Below, piece by piece: positions 10,335-21,865 of a DNA stretch of 64,000 nt. The stretch spans positions 67,412,967-67,476,966 of the forward strand of contig NC_068991.1 of the NCBI RefSeq assembly GCF_001194135.2, written 5' to 3'. The notes below the pieces were generated by a model. The model ran no database searches. It was given only the letters and a program-made list of their open reading frames with translations, and was not told where the DNA came from. Origin of the DNA: Octopus bimaculoides. Lineage: Eukaryota. How positions within the stretch are numbered: the stretch's first letter is position 1; each line of letters starts with the position of its first letter. The translations under genes and the position numbers were made by a program.

Positions 10335-12878
10335 CAGATAAGGTCTGATACCTGAAAGAAATGAGAATATAATTTACCACACTGTATAACATGATTTCTG
10401 CCCTTGAATAGCTGCTGTTATTTCCTATTTGCTAACCCCTAGAAAGTATGAAAAATGGCTATTTCCTTCAAACTTTGCCTTTGTTACATTTACTCAAATC
10501 CCAAAGAATCCCTCTCAACATATGGCTATGATGCTTCTCCCACTACTCCTGCTCATGATCAGAGATGTACATATTGTCAGCCACTAAAAGACATGCTCAA
10601 GTGGTTAAAGTCAAGCAACTGACAAGCATATTTGTGGTATTGAGCAGAGTATTTGCTGTAATGATATTTCTGCTTCAGCAGGTCAGTGTAATGATATTTC
10701 TGCTTCAGCAGCTCAGTCTGTCTGAAATGTAATGGAAAATAAGTCAATTTCGAAACATTGATGTCCAAGTCACAAAAGCAAAGTTTAAAGAGAGTAGTAG
10801 TCATTGCCTTTGGTTTCTAAATAGAGGCAAATAGGAAATAACACTTACCAACCAAAACCAAAAAAAAAAAAAAAAAAGTTACACAGTGTTATCATTAAAA
10901 GAACAATTTCTTTAAATAAGACAAAATCCTTGTGAGTGGATTTGGTAGATGGAAACTGAAAAAAGATGCCCGTCATATATATGTATATATATGTATGTAT
11001 GTTTGTTTGTGTGTCTGTATTTGTCCCCCTAGCATTGCATGACAACCGATACTGGTGTGTTTACGTCCACGTCACATAGCGGTTCGGCAAAAGAGACTGA
11101 TAGAATAAGTACTAGGTTTACAAAGAATAAGTCCCGGGGTCGATTTGCTCGACTAAAGGCGGTGCTCCAGCATGGCCGCAGTCAAATGACTGAAAAAAGT
11201 AAAAGAGTATATATAGACTATTTTCNNNNNNNNNNNNNNNNNNNNNNNNNNNNNNNNNNNNNNNNNNNNNNNNNNNNNNNNNNNNNNNNNNNNNNNNNNN
11301 NNNNNNNNNNNNNNNNNNNNNNNNNNNNNNNNNNNNNNNNNNNNNNNNNNNNNNNNNNNNNNNNNNNNNNNNNNNNNNNNNNNNNNNNNNNNNNNNNNNN
11401 NNNNNNNNNNNNNNNNNNNNNNNNNNNNNNNNNNNNNNNNNNNNNNNNNNNNNNNNNNNNNNNNNNNNNNNNNNNNNNNNNNNNNNNNNNNNNNNNNNNN
11501 NNNNNNNNNNNNNNNNNNNNNNNNNNNNNNNNNNNNNNNNNNNNNNNNNNNNNNNNNNNNNNNNNNNNNNNNNNNNNNNNNNNNNNNNNNNNNNNNNNNN
11601 NNNNNNNNNNNNNNNNNNNNNNNNNNNNNNNNNNNNNNNNNNNNNNNNNNNNNNNNNNNNNNNNNNNNNNNNNNNNNNNNNNNNNNNNNNNNNNNNNNNN
11701 NNNNNNNNNNNNNNNNNNNNNNNNNNNNNNNNNNNNNNNNNNNNNNNNNNNNNNNNNNNNNNNNNNNNNNNNNNNNNNNNNNNNNNNNNNNNNNNNNNNN
11801 NNNNNNNNNNNNNNNNNNNNNNNNNNNNNNNNNNNNNNNNNNNNNNNNNNNNNNNNNNNNNNNNNNNNNNNNNNNNNNNNNNNNNNNNNNNNNNNNNNNN
11901 NNNNNNNNNNNNNNNNNNNNNNNNNNNNNNNNNNNNNNNNNNNNNNNNNNNNNNNNNNNNNNNNNNNNNNNNNNNNNNNNNNNNNNNNNNNNNNNNNNNN
12001 NNNNNNNNNNNNNNNNNNNNNNNNNNNNNNNNNNNNNNNNNNNNNNNNNNNNNNNNNNNNNNNNNNNNNNNNNNNNNNNNNNNNNNNNNNNNNNNNNNNN
12101 NNNNNNNNNNNNNNNNNNNNNNNNNNNNNNNNNNNNNNNNNNNNNNNNNNNNNNNNNNNNNNNNNNNNNTAGAATTCACTTCATAAACACTGAAACTTTT
12201 GAGAAAATGAAGATAAATCAACAAGTCAAAACTTTTTAATTATACGAACAAAACATGCATATTACAATAAAACCACCTATCGATCTCTCTCTTTATGTAA
12301 GTGTGTGTGTGTGTATAAAGACATGCGATTTATATATTGATTTCTATCACAGACATGTTGTTGTTGCTTACGACGTCGAGGGTTCCAGTTGATCCGATCA
12401 ACGGAACAGCCTGCTCGTGAAATTAATGTGCAAGTGGCCGAGCACTCCACAGACACGTGTACCCTTAACGTAGTTCTCGGGGATATTCAGCGTGACACAG
12501 TGTGATAAGGCTGACCCTAAGCACTGAGCCAGTGCGCCTCCACTATCACAGATATAAGGCCAGATATTTAGACATTTTGGCGATGGAATAGTCGATCACA
12601 TTGACTCAAGTACTTGATCGATGCTTTATCATTATCGACTTTCAGATGATGAAAAACAAAGCTGATCTCAATGTGATTTGAACTCGGATATTAAAACAGC
12701 TGGAACAGATACCGCAAGGCAATTTGTCAATCCTACATGTATTATTCAATAACACTTTGCATTTAAAATATGCCACATAAATTTTTAGAGTGGAAGGAAG
12801 CACAAGTTTTGGAGCTTGTGAAATTTCTTCCAACCAAATTATTTCAAATTATCACCAAATTTGTTTTCAAATTTTCTT

Positions 12879-13252
12879 TGTTACTCTTTTACTTGTTTCA
12901 GTCATTTGACTGTGGCCATGCTGGAGCACTGCCTTTTAGTCGAGCAAATCGACCCCAGGACTTATTCTTTGTAAGCCTAGTACTTATTCTATCGGTCTCT
13001 TTTGCCGAACCGCTAAGTTACGGGGACGCAAACACACCAGCATCGGTTGTCAAGCGACGTTGGGGGGACAAACACAAACACATACACACACACACACATA
13101 TATATATATATACATATATACGACGGGCTTATTTCAGTTTCCGTCTTCCAAATCCATACACAAGGCTTTGGTCGGCCAGAGGCTAGAGTAGAAGACACTT
13201 GCCCAAGGTGCCACGCAGTGGGACTGAACCCGGAACCATGTGGTTAGTAAGC
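12879..13252 (-). mobile_element. tRNA-headed SINE family C with internal (TA)/(TG) microsatellite; other copies about 10905-11215, 39362-39752, 41008-41380, 41895-42550, 44785-44940, 50985-51125, 59586-60320, 61050-61147
   Basis: Head ggagtggctgtgtggtaag...ggttccgggttcagtccc, core ccttgggcaagtgtcttctactatagcc, tail ...gactgaaacaagtaaaagag. Confidence 0.88.
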
Positions 13253-13573
13253 AATATATATATATTAAATAACAAATCTACTTCACGCGGATCGTATGCA
13301 CATACGAAGGCTTGTTGTTTTGACACCGTAGCAAGGATAAGATATGAGCATTAAGACAAAATACAAACCGAATTGAAAGTGTTCAGGTGTTAAACTTCAG
13401 TGAAAACTTTCAAGCAGCAGAAAAGGTGAACTAAAAATCCATTTGTAATCGAATTCTAAAGTGATCGACGCCGATGTCTTTCATATTATCCCGCCAGCAA
13501 GCAAGGGAGATCACTCTGAGGATATATTTCTTAATACGTGTTGGGTCAGCGGCTGAAGTGCGAGTTGTCAATT

Positions 13574-13660
13574 ATGGTTAACCCGTGCACAAACAAGGAA
13601 GACCTCCTGCAGTTACTACAAGATCTCAATATCGAATATAATAACGTCGATCATCCTCCG
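13574..13660 (+). CDS. PRORSD1: Prolyl-tRNA synthetase-associated domain protein 1 (ProXp-ala/PrdX deacylase), exon 1
   Basis: ATG 13574, MVNPCTNKEDLLQLLQDLNIEYNNVDHPP, donor CCG|gtaaaa at 13661, phase 0; joins to VYTVEE giving the family motif HPPV(Y/F)TVEE. Confidence 0.9.
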
Positions 13661-16600
13661 GTAAAAGATATATCTTTTAATTTGATGCCTTTTATTATCA
13701 CAAATTTAAGAATATATATATATAAATATATGCACATGTTTTGTATTCTAACGTCAGCGTCAAACAGGCGCTTAGTGACTATGTAAGCAATTTGTAAATG
13801 ACATGTTTCAGTAATTTATGTTACTAATGTTGTCCGATCCAACACTCATCAAAATTTTAAAACAGATACCAGTCTTTATTCTGTTATAAACTAATTAGCA
13901 TCACTTTCCTTTATATGGTTCGGAGTCTCAGCTATTCTGATATCAAATCTCCCGAGGGTCCATTATTGCATTTCGTTATTCCGGGGTTACTGTTGTTATT
14001 GCTGTTTAGGTCAAAAGAGTTCCAGTGGTGTTCTATTTTCATTTCATATACAGTGCATTTAGGACTACATAATCCACTATGTATCCTTTCTTTTCTAAGA
14101 CGGTAGGATGTAATTTTAAGGTGGTTTTGGCTCCTGTTTCTAGCAGTACGAGCTATGCGTAGACTAGCTCTCTAGTTTTCTTAATCTCTCCCGAAGAATA
14201 TTTTACGACTGCTAACTCCTTATAAAATTACTATTTCACTTTTGTCATTAAAATTATTACCATGAAGCTATTATAATATATTATCGTCCACGTGTGATTT
14301 GATCGTGGGGCTTTCTATGGACAACGAACCTCGACTTGTAAACCTACTTCATGATCCTACAACTCTTTGTATGTTTATCACCTTAAATTATTTTATTAGT
14401 TATTTGTTATGTTAAAATTAAAAAAAATGTCTGGGCCAAATAAACGGCACAGTTTAAATTGTTTAAAATTTGTCTGGGTCTGATAGGAATACTGGAACTT
14501 CTACTTGAGGAATGACAGGTGAAAAAAGGAAAAAATATATTCTAAGATTTGGAATACACACGTACACACACACACACACACACATATAACACTATAATAA
14601 AAAAGTACCTTGAGAAGGATTGAAAAAGAAATAAACAAATACATAACAAAAATTCCGGGGCTGACACACCTACTCAATATGCAGAAAATAGCACTGCTTG
14701 TAGGTATAGCACACCTGAAATTCAAATACATGGGATATGTACAAAACAAGCCACATTTTAAAGATGTTGGTAACAGATTTCATTTGGAACTGCACAGAGT
14801 TTTCTCCAGTTACCATGATTAAAATTTTTTTCTTTTTTGAAAATATAGCAAAACCTGTCGAAAGAAATTGTTTTTCTCTTTTGTTTTTTGAGATTTTTAA
14901 GCCTTTATTTTAAATGGTACTTGATTTGACAAAATAAGTAATACACCAGCATTCACAGGTTTTCAGTTTATAAATAAATTTGAAGTATTTAGATTGTTGA
15001 AAATGCTCTTATTCAGCAAAAGTTTTATCTGCAAATGAGATATAGTCGAAAACCAATTAATTTTACCTAGCTAATTAATGTGTAAATGAAAACATCTCAA
15101 AAATCTGTACGTTATATATATTGGTCATGCTTGGTATGCTGGTTGTTAGAGCTGAGCTAGAACATTGATCAGATTAATATGTAATTAAGCAAATAAATTA
15201 ATTATATGATTAAATTAGGCAAATTAGGCACACTGATTTAAAAAAAAAAAACAAGCTACTGTATTACATTCTTTAATAAACCTGTTGTTATATGTTTGAA
15301 TTATATTACAGGCATCGTAGCAATTTTTCTCAGCCATTTCCTTGTTTGCTACTCTCACTGTACCAAAAATCTGAGTACAACAGTAGTGAACCTAAGCTGA
15401 AAATTCAAAATAGCAGCCTGAGTTTTAAACAGGTATAAACAAACAAAACAATGAATTTTATGAACAAAATATGCTGGAGGGCTCAAATGAAGCTATTTTT
15501 GAAAACTGAACATATTACCATGGATACATGTCTTAGCTGTAACAGGTGTGAATGGTTGTTGGCACTGTTGCTTACGACGTCGAGGGTTCCAGTCGATCCG
15601 ATCAACGGAACAGCCTGCTCGTGAAATTAACGTGCAAGTGACTTAGCACTCCACAGACACGTGTACCCTTAACGTAGTTCTCGGGGATATTCAGCGTGAC
15701 ACAGTGTGACACAGTGTGACAAGGCTGACCCTTTGAAATACAGGCACAACAGAAACAGGAAGTAAGAGTGAGAGAAAGTTGTGGTGAAAGAGTACAGCAG
15801 GGTTCGCCACCATCCCCCGCCGGAGCCCCGTGGAGCTTTAGGTGTTTTCGCTCAATAAACACTCACAACGCCCGATCTGAGAATCGAAACCGCGAGTCCG
15901 CTGCCCTAACTACTGGGCCATTGCGCCTCCACGGTGTGAATGGTAATACAGATTCATTGAGTACATTACTCAAAACTATTTCATTTTGCAAGAGGGCATT
16001 TTTGTTTTCTCCCCAAATCTAGGGTTGCTTGCTGATTGGCATGGGTTCTCAATATGGAATTACGTCTTTTTACAAGTTAAATAAAAAGTAACCAAAATTA
16101 TAAATTGAAAAAATATATACACTTCTGCATAAACCACTTTCAAAGTTGACTACAATATAAAAAAATTGCACTCTATCCATAGATAAAAGGAGCAAATTTG
16201 TACCTACTTAGATTTAATCACAAATCATTTTTTATTTTTCATTCAAAATCTGTTAAGCTTTCCATGCGTTTGTGTCTGGCAGGTTTCTTGAGGGCTATGT
16301 CTACAACTAAGAACCACACTAATATTACTAAGGCTTCTTTTGCTCAAGTCATTCATTATTAGCATTTCATTTCAACATCCACTTTTTCATTCTTGCATGG
16401 GTGGAAAGAATTTATTGAGACAGAAACATCTAATGTTGGGATGCTCTGTGTTTCTTTCAATTAATTTTAAATAGAAAAAAGAATTTAGTAAAATAACTTA
16501 GTTATCATTAAGTTTGTGTTAGGAACCCAAATTGTGACTAAAGTTTGTAGATTTTAATTCAAAACTTATGGAAATAAGACATTTGTACCACAGAACCAGG

Positions 16601-16816
16601 GGCAGCTTCAGCTGGGTTGGTATCGAAAGAGCTAAAGCTTAAATCCTTTCTGAAGAATTTATAATTGAAATATTTTTGGATACTATGGAAATCTGATGTC
16701 TTCATGAGAATGCATCTCAGTTGTCAGAAACTGAATGATGTATTTTGATTTGTCTGTTTATTAAAGATGCTCACATCAGGCATCAGTATAAGGAAGTTCT
16801 CTGATGTTGTTGTAGC

Positions 16817-17250
16817 AGGCATGGCTGTGTGGTAAGAAGTCTGTTTCCCAGCTACATGGTTTTAGGTTCTGTCTCACTGTATGACACCTTGAGCAAGTGT
16901 CTTCTACTATAACCCCAGGCTGACCAAAGCTTTGTGAGTGGATTTGGTAGATGGGAACTGAAGGAGCCTGTTGTATGTATGTATAAATAGGTGTGTGTCT
17001 GTGCCTGCATATGTGTCTGGGTCCCTTTTTCTTGATACCAGTTGATAGTTGTAAATAGGTGTCAATGCCCTTCCTTTGCAATCTTCTGTGAAAACATGTC
17101 TGGTCATGGGGAAATATTACCCTGCTTGGAGATAGGTGGAAGTTGGAAACAGGCAAGACGCCAGGCCATAGAAAGTCCACCGCAACAAATTCTGTCTGAC
17201 CCATAGAAGCATGGAAAAGTAGATGTCAAAGCAGTGATGATGATGATTGT
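16817..17250 (+). mobile_element. SINE with family C head and RTE-like tail; also about 1185-1680 and 20590-20950
   Basis: Family C head and core, then ...gaagggcatc..tagaaaatctgcctca...cccatgcaagcatggaaaag...(gat)n similar to the RTE 3' end. Confidence 0.75.
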
Positions 17251-17442
17251 AATGATGACAATGTTGATGCTTGAATCAGTCATCAATATAAAAAAGGTCC
17301 TCTAATATTGTCGCTGCATATTCTAAAGACTTGGAAGAAAGTCTGAGAAAAGATATTCTGGAGTTTGGCAAGCTTTAGAAAAATCAATCTTGTTTCTGGA
17401 AACAAAATTTTTATAAGAGTTTCAATGTTTCTGACTAATATT

Positions 17443-17828
17443 GTTGTTGTTGGCACTCCGTCGATTACAACGTCGAGGGTTCCAGTTGATTTGATCAACG
17501 GAACAGCCTGCTCGTGAAATTAACATGCAAGTGGCTGAGCACTCCACAGACACGTGTACCCTTAACGTAGTTCTCGGGGAGATTCAGTATGACAGTGTGA
17601 AAAGGCTGGCCCTTTGAATTACAGGCACAATAGAAACAGGAAGTAAGAGTGAGAGAAAGTTGTAGTGAAAGAGTACAGCAGGGTTCGCCACCATCCCCTT
17701 CCGAAGCCTCGTGGAGCTTTAGGTGTTTTCGCTCAATAAACACTCACAACACCTGGTCTGGGGATCGAAACCGCGATCCTATGACCGCGAGTCTGCTGCC
17801 CTAACCACTGGGCCATTGCGTCTCCACA
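17443..17828 (-). mobile_element. tRNA-headed SINE family A, full length with TSD; other copies 8649-8894(+), 12356-12543(-, internally deleted), 15557-15932(-), 30104-30492(+), 45608-46000(-), 48378-48776(+)
   Basis: A-box/B-box head ggcgcaatggcccagtggttag...ggtttcgat(t/c)ccc, (AAC)n tail; TSDs ctgactaatatt (17431/17829), ggtgtgaatggt (15545/15933), tgcgtagtatgt (45596/46001). Confidence 0.9.
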
Positions 17829-18237
17829 CTGACTAATATTAATCATCTGCAAACTTGTTTTCTGAATATAGTAATCACCTCACAAATATTTTTGGCTTTT
17901 GTGGTAATGGAGAGTTATTTTTAAAACAAAAAAAAATTGAATAAACAAAGAAGCATAATGTGACAAAGCAGTTTTGCTCTAATGAACGCTGAATAATAAC
18001 TTAATATGAAATAAATATTTCTAGTATCGTAAACAAGCTTGTTCATGCCAAAATGTCGGACATAAAATTGTATTAAAGTATCAAGACTTAATTTTTCTAT
18101 AGCAATACACACACACACAGGTATATATTAATGCTTGTTTTTACATTATAATAAAAACAATTTTACATTAAATTGAAAGATTACTCAGTACATTTGGTAG
18201 AGTACAAATTTATTATTCTCTAACAAGAATAGTATTG

Positions 18238-18282
18238 ACAGTGACTTTAAAGTTTCAGTCAGTTAAGCTATCATCAGACTGT
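18238..18282 (-). ncRNA. Minimal type I hammerhead ribozyme motif
   Basis: Minus strand ACAGU-CUGAUGA-uagcuuaacugacu-GAAA-CUUUAAAG-UC-ACUGU: perfect 5-bp helix I, palindromic helix III, GUC triplet; helix II weak. Confidence 0.75.
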
Positions 18283-18300
18283 ATATATATATATATATAT

Positions 18301-18960
18301 GGTGACACAAGAAATTTTTCGAGCGAGACCGTTGCCAGTGCCCCTGGACTGGCTCTTGTGCGGGTGACACAAGAAAATTTTCGAGCGAGACCGTTGCCAG
18401 TGCCACTGGACTGGCTCTTGTGCGGGGCCGTTGTAGGATTTTCGAGCGAGATCGTTGCTGGTTCCCCTGGACTGGCTCATGTGCAGGCGACACATGAAAT
18501 CTTTCGAGTGAGATCGTTGCCAGTGCCCCTGGACTGGCTCTTGTGCGGGTGACACAAGAAATTTTTCGAGCGAGACCGTTGCCAGTGCCCCTNNNNNNNN
18601 NNNNNNNNNNNNNNNNNNNNNNNNNNNNNNNNNNNNNNNNNNNNNNNNNNNNNNNNNNNNNNNNNNNNNNNNNNNNNNNNNNNNNNNNNNNNNNNNNNNN
18701 NNNNNNNNNNNNNNNNNNNNNNNNNAAATGCACCATTTTGAGCGTGGCCGTTGCCAGTACCGCCTGACTGGCCTTCGTGCGGGTGACACGTAAAAGCACC
18801 CACTACACTCTCTGAGTGGTTGGCGTTAGGAAGGGCATCCAGCTGTAGAAACTCTGCCAAATCAGATTGGAGCCTGGTGTAGCCATCTGGTTTCACCAGT
18901 CCTCAGTCAAATCGTCCAACCCATGCTAGCATGGAAAGCGGACGTTAAACGACGACGACG
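18301..18960 (+). mobile_element. RTE LINE 3' UTR copy with tandem 61-62 bp array
   Basis: At least five tandem units before the gap, then the standard RTE 3' end ending cggacgttaaacgacgacg. Confidence 0.85.
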
Positions 18961-18992
<32 letters not shown>

Positions 18993-19821
18993 GTGTGTGT
19001 GTGTGTGTTTTATTTTGGTTGAGTTAATCACATGTTGCTCTGAGTTTTGTTTGTGTACTGACAGGTGAATATTATTAATCTCTACTGTGGTGTCATGTAC
19101 TCTTTTTTTCTTGACTATACATGTATGTAGGTATGTCTGCATGTATGCATACATACTGTGTGGTCTTGAGTTCTACTTTTTTGTGTGATGCTGTTGGCAA
19201 GTGTCTTCTACTGTAGTCTTGGACTGACCTGTGCCCTGGGAATGGAAATGTTCTGAAGTAATTTAGAAGGCTATGGTTTCTAGGAGTACATCAGTTGAAC
19301 TTTAATGCAATTTAAGTAGATTTTTCTCCACTAAGTTAGTCAGTAGACGCTCTACCAGATTGGATTGGAAAGATTGATACAAGTAGTGCACAACCTGAAC
19401 ACTTGGGGTCCAACACCTGCAGGGACAACATAGGAGCAGAGGTAATCAAAGGTCTGATCTGATTATTCATAAAAAAAGTGAACACAACTGAAGGCATTTG
19501 AAGACCAGATTGTGGTACAAAACCAGGCAGTATTAGGCCAGTCAGCTCTTACACAGAGAAATAGTTGTTTTAAGGCATGATGTCTATGGAGTTTATTTCT
19601 CCAAATCTATGTCAGAGACGACTTTTTTTGGTTTAAATTTTGTGTATTACAAAAATTGCTATTTTATTTCTGAAATTATGGTTAATTTTGTGAAGATGAA
19701 TGGCTTAGTGATCAAGGTGTTGTACAACATCTTAGTTGACTCTCTGTCACTAAAATATATCTTCAAACATGTTATTAAAGATTTTTATTTATCATTTTTT
19801 TTTTGTACTTTACTTATCTAG

Positions 19822-20247
19822 GTATATACGGTAGAAGAAGCACTTCCTCATGTGAGTCATCTAGAAGGCGTTTTTGCCAAAAATCTTTTCCTGCGAGACA
19901 AGAAGAAAAAGCTGTGGTTATTTTGTGCTACCCATGATGCTGACATCAAGCTGAATGACTTGGCCAAATTAGTAAACGCACCTGGTGGCTTTCGCTTTGC
20001 TGACGAGTCCATCTTGTTTGACACTCTTGGTCTGACTCAAGGTTCCGTTACAATCTTTGGTCTTGTGAACGATACTAAACATGATGTTAAAGTCATTTTA
20101 GATTCCAACCTACTTGATGGTACATACAGTACCATCTATTTTCATCCAATGGTGAACTCTGCAAGCACTGGTATTTCATCAAAAGACTTAGAAGTGTTTC
20201 TAGCAAATACAGGGCATAAACCTATTGTAATTAATATTCCAAAATAA
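19822..20247 (+). CDS. PRORSD1: ProXp-ala/PrdX deacylase, exon 2 (to stop)
   Basis: acttatctag acceptor; VYTVEEALPHVSHLEGVFAKNLFLRDKKKKLWL...GFRFADE...GSVTIFGLVND...LDSNLL...YFHPMVNSASTG...TGHKP; YbaK/INS-superfamily motifs KNLFL and FHP-N; total 170 aa. Confidence 0.95.
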   Translation, partial: VYTVEEALPHVSHLEGVFAKNLFLRDKKKKLWLFCATHDADIKLNDLAKLVNAPGGFRFADESILFDTLGLTQGSVTIFGLVNDTKHDVKVILDSNLLDGTYSTIYFHPMVNSASTGISSKDLEVFLANTGHKPIVINIPK

Positions 20248-20298
20248 AATGAAGTCTTAAGACAGAATTTGTGTTTTTTTTACAAATACGTTTTATAA

Positions 20299-20327
20299 AA
20301 TAAACATTTGTAATCTTTATAAATAAA
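20299..20327 (+). terminator. Probable PRORSD1 polyadenylation signals
   Basis: AATAAA at 20299-20304 and 20322-20327, 50-80 nt after the stop codon, followed by T-rich sequence. Confidence 0.55.
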
Positions 20328-21238
20328 TTTTTATGTGTACAAAATACTATTTTCTTTTTGATTCCTATCATGAACTTGTGTTTTTGAAGAAGTGTATAAA
20401 GTGATGTGGGACATTTATATCTTTCCCAGACACTCCTTGTTAAAGAAAAAAATTAAAAATAATAAATTAGAGCTTTTGTTCAATATGCCTGAAAAATTAA
20501 TGAAAACAAATTTGCATTTGTAACTTTATAAAGATCTAAATCAAAGTATAGTTTCTGCTTTGATTTCAAACACGAAATCACAATAATTGTCTTTCAGTTC
20601 TACAGCATGGCATCTTGGGCAAGTGTCTCTACTATAGCCCCAGACTGACCAAAGCTTTGTGAGAGGATTTGAAAGATGGAAACTCAAAAGAAGCTTGTCA
20701 TATGTATGGATGTGTGTGTGTGTGTGTTAGCATTTTGTGATAGTTGTAAACAAACATTACTGCCATGCCATACAAGTGGTGTCCTTTGCTTCCAATCTCT
20801 TGTGAATACATGTCTGGTCACGGAGAAATAGTACCTTATTTGGAAACAGGGAAAGGTTGGTGACAGGAAGGGCATCAGACTATTGAAAATCTGCCTCAAT
20901 GAATTCTGTCTGACCCATGCAAGTACAGAACAGTGAACTTTCAAATGATGACGAGTCAGCTTTTGTGTCACACCTTGTAAATAGTGAATGTGTCTCAAGA
21001 TCGGTGCTGTGTTGTGTCCCTGTGCCATTCCTCAATTTGCAGTATACGAGACAAGTGTGATGCTGTATAGCTGTGGATTCAAAAGGTTCTTAAAGTCAGC
21101 TGAGAAGGAATAAACTTACTCTAGTCCATTGGATGTGCAGTGTTAATTTACAAGAATGGCTGAGCCAAGTGTAATAAAAACAAAATTGTTTGGTATTATA
21201 GGTATTACCTGATATGTATACGCCACACTCTAATTATG

Positions 21239-21865
21239 GAGGGAACCTGTGGAAGAGGTAGACCCAGAAAGACATGGGACAAGGTGGTAAAGCATGGTCT
21301 TCATATGTTGGGTCTCATGGAGGCAATGACAAGTGAGCGAGACATTTGGCAATATGCTGTGCTTGAGAAGACTAGTCAAGCCAAGTAAGATTGTAGTCGT
21401 CACGTAACAGGCACATAAGCATCCTTCAAACATTGGGTGATATGCTGCGCTTGAGAAGATTTGTCAAGCCAAGTGAAATCATAGTCATGGCTGATATGCC
21501 AGTGCCATCTGATTGGTACCTGTGCCAGTGGTCCATAAGAAGTACCATTTGAGTATTGGGCCTCATGGAGGCAGTGACAGGTGACCGAGACTTTTGGTGA
21601 TATACCGTGCTTGTGTAGAGTTGTCAGGCCAAGTGAGATCGTAGTCATGGCTGATACCAGTGCCACGTCAGTGACACCTGTGCCAGTGTCATATAAGAAG
21701 CACTCACTACACTCTTGGAGTGGTTGGTGTTAGGAAAAGCATCCAGCTGTAGAAACCATACCAAATCAGATTGAAACCTTGGGCAGCTCTCCAGTAGTTT
21801 TCAGTCAAACCGTCCAACCCATGCCAGCATGGAAAACAGATATTAAATGATGATGATGATGATGT
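21239..21865 (+). mobile_element. RTE LINE 3' fragment with internally repeated ORF end
   Basis: EGTCGRGRPRKTWDKVVKHGL...AVLEKTSQAK* at 21239-21389, then two more copies of the ORF-end segment, 3' UTR and (GAT)n. Confidence 0.85.

Larger units (their letters stand above)
12200..14400. promoter_or_regulatory. CpG-retaining region between divergent MCM8 and PRORSD1 5' ends; probable bidirectional promoter
   Basis: Head-to-head gene geometry; visibly more CG dinucleotides than the flanking introns; E2F-like TTATCCCGCC at 13486-13495 (one mismatch to TTTCCCGCC). TSSs not determinable from sequence. Confidence 0.5.

Noticed and set aside
10720-10770. GAAA-CA-TTGA-TG-TC half-hammerhead (similar half at 22645-22660)
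   Set aside because: No CUGANGA upstream and no helix I.
13538-13573. GTG-initiated N-terminal extension of PRORSD1
   Set aside because: In-frame TAA at 13532 limits it to 13 codons, with no targeting-peptide character; ATG 13574 matches the family start.
18301-18592. CRISPR-like regular array
   Set aside because: Units are contiguous with no unique spacers, eukaryotic context, part of an RTE 3' UTR.
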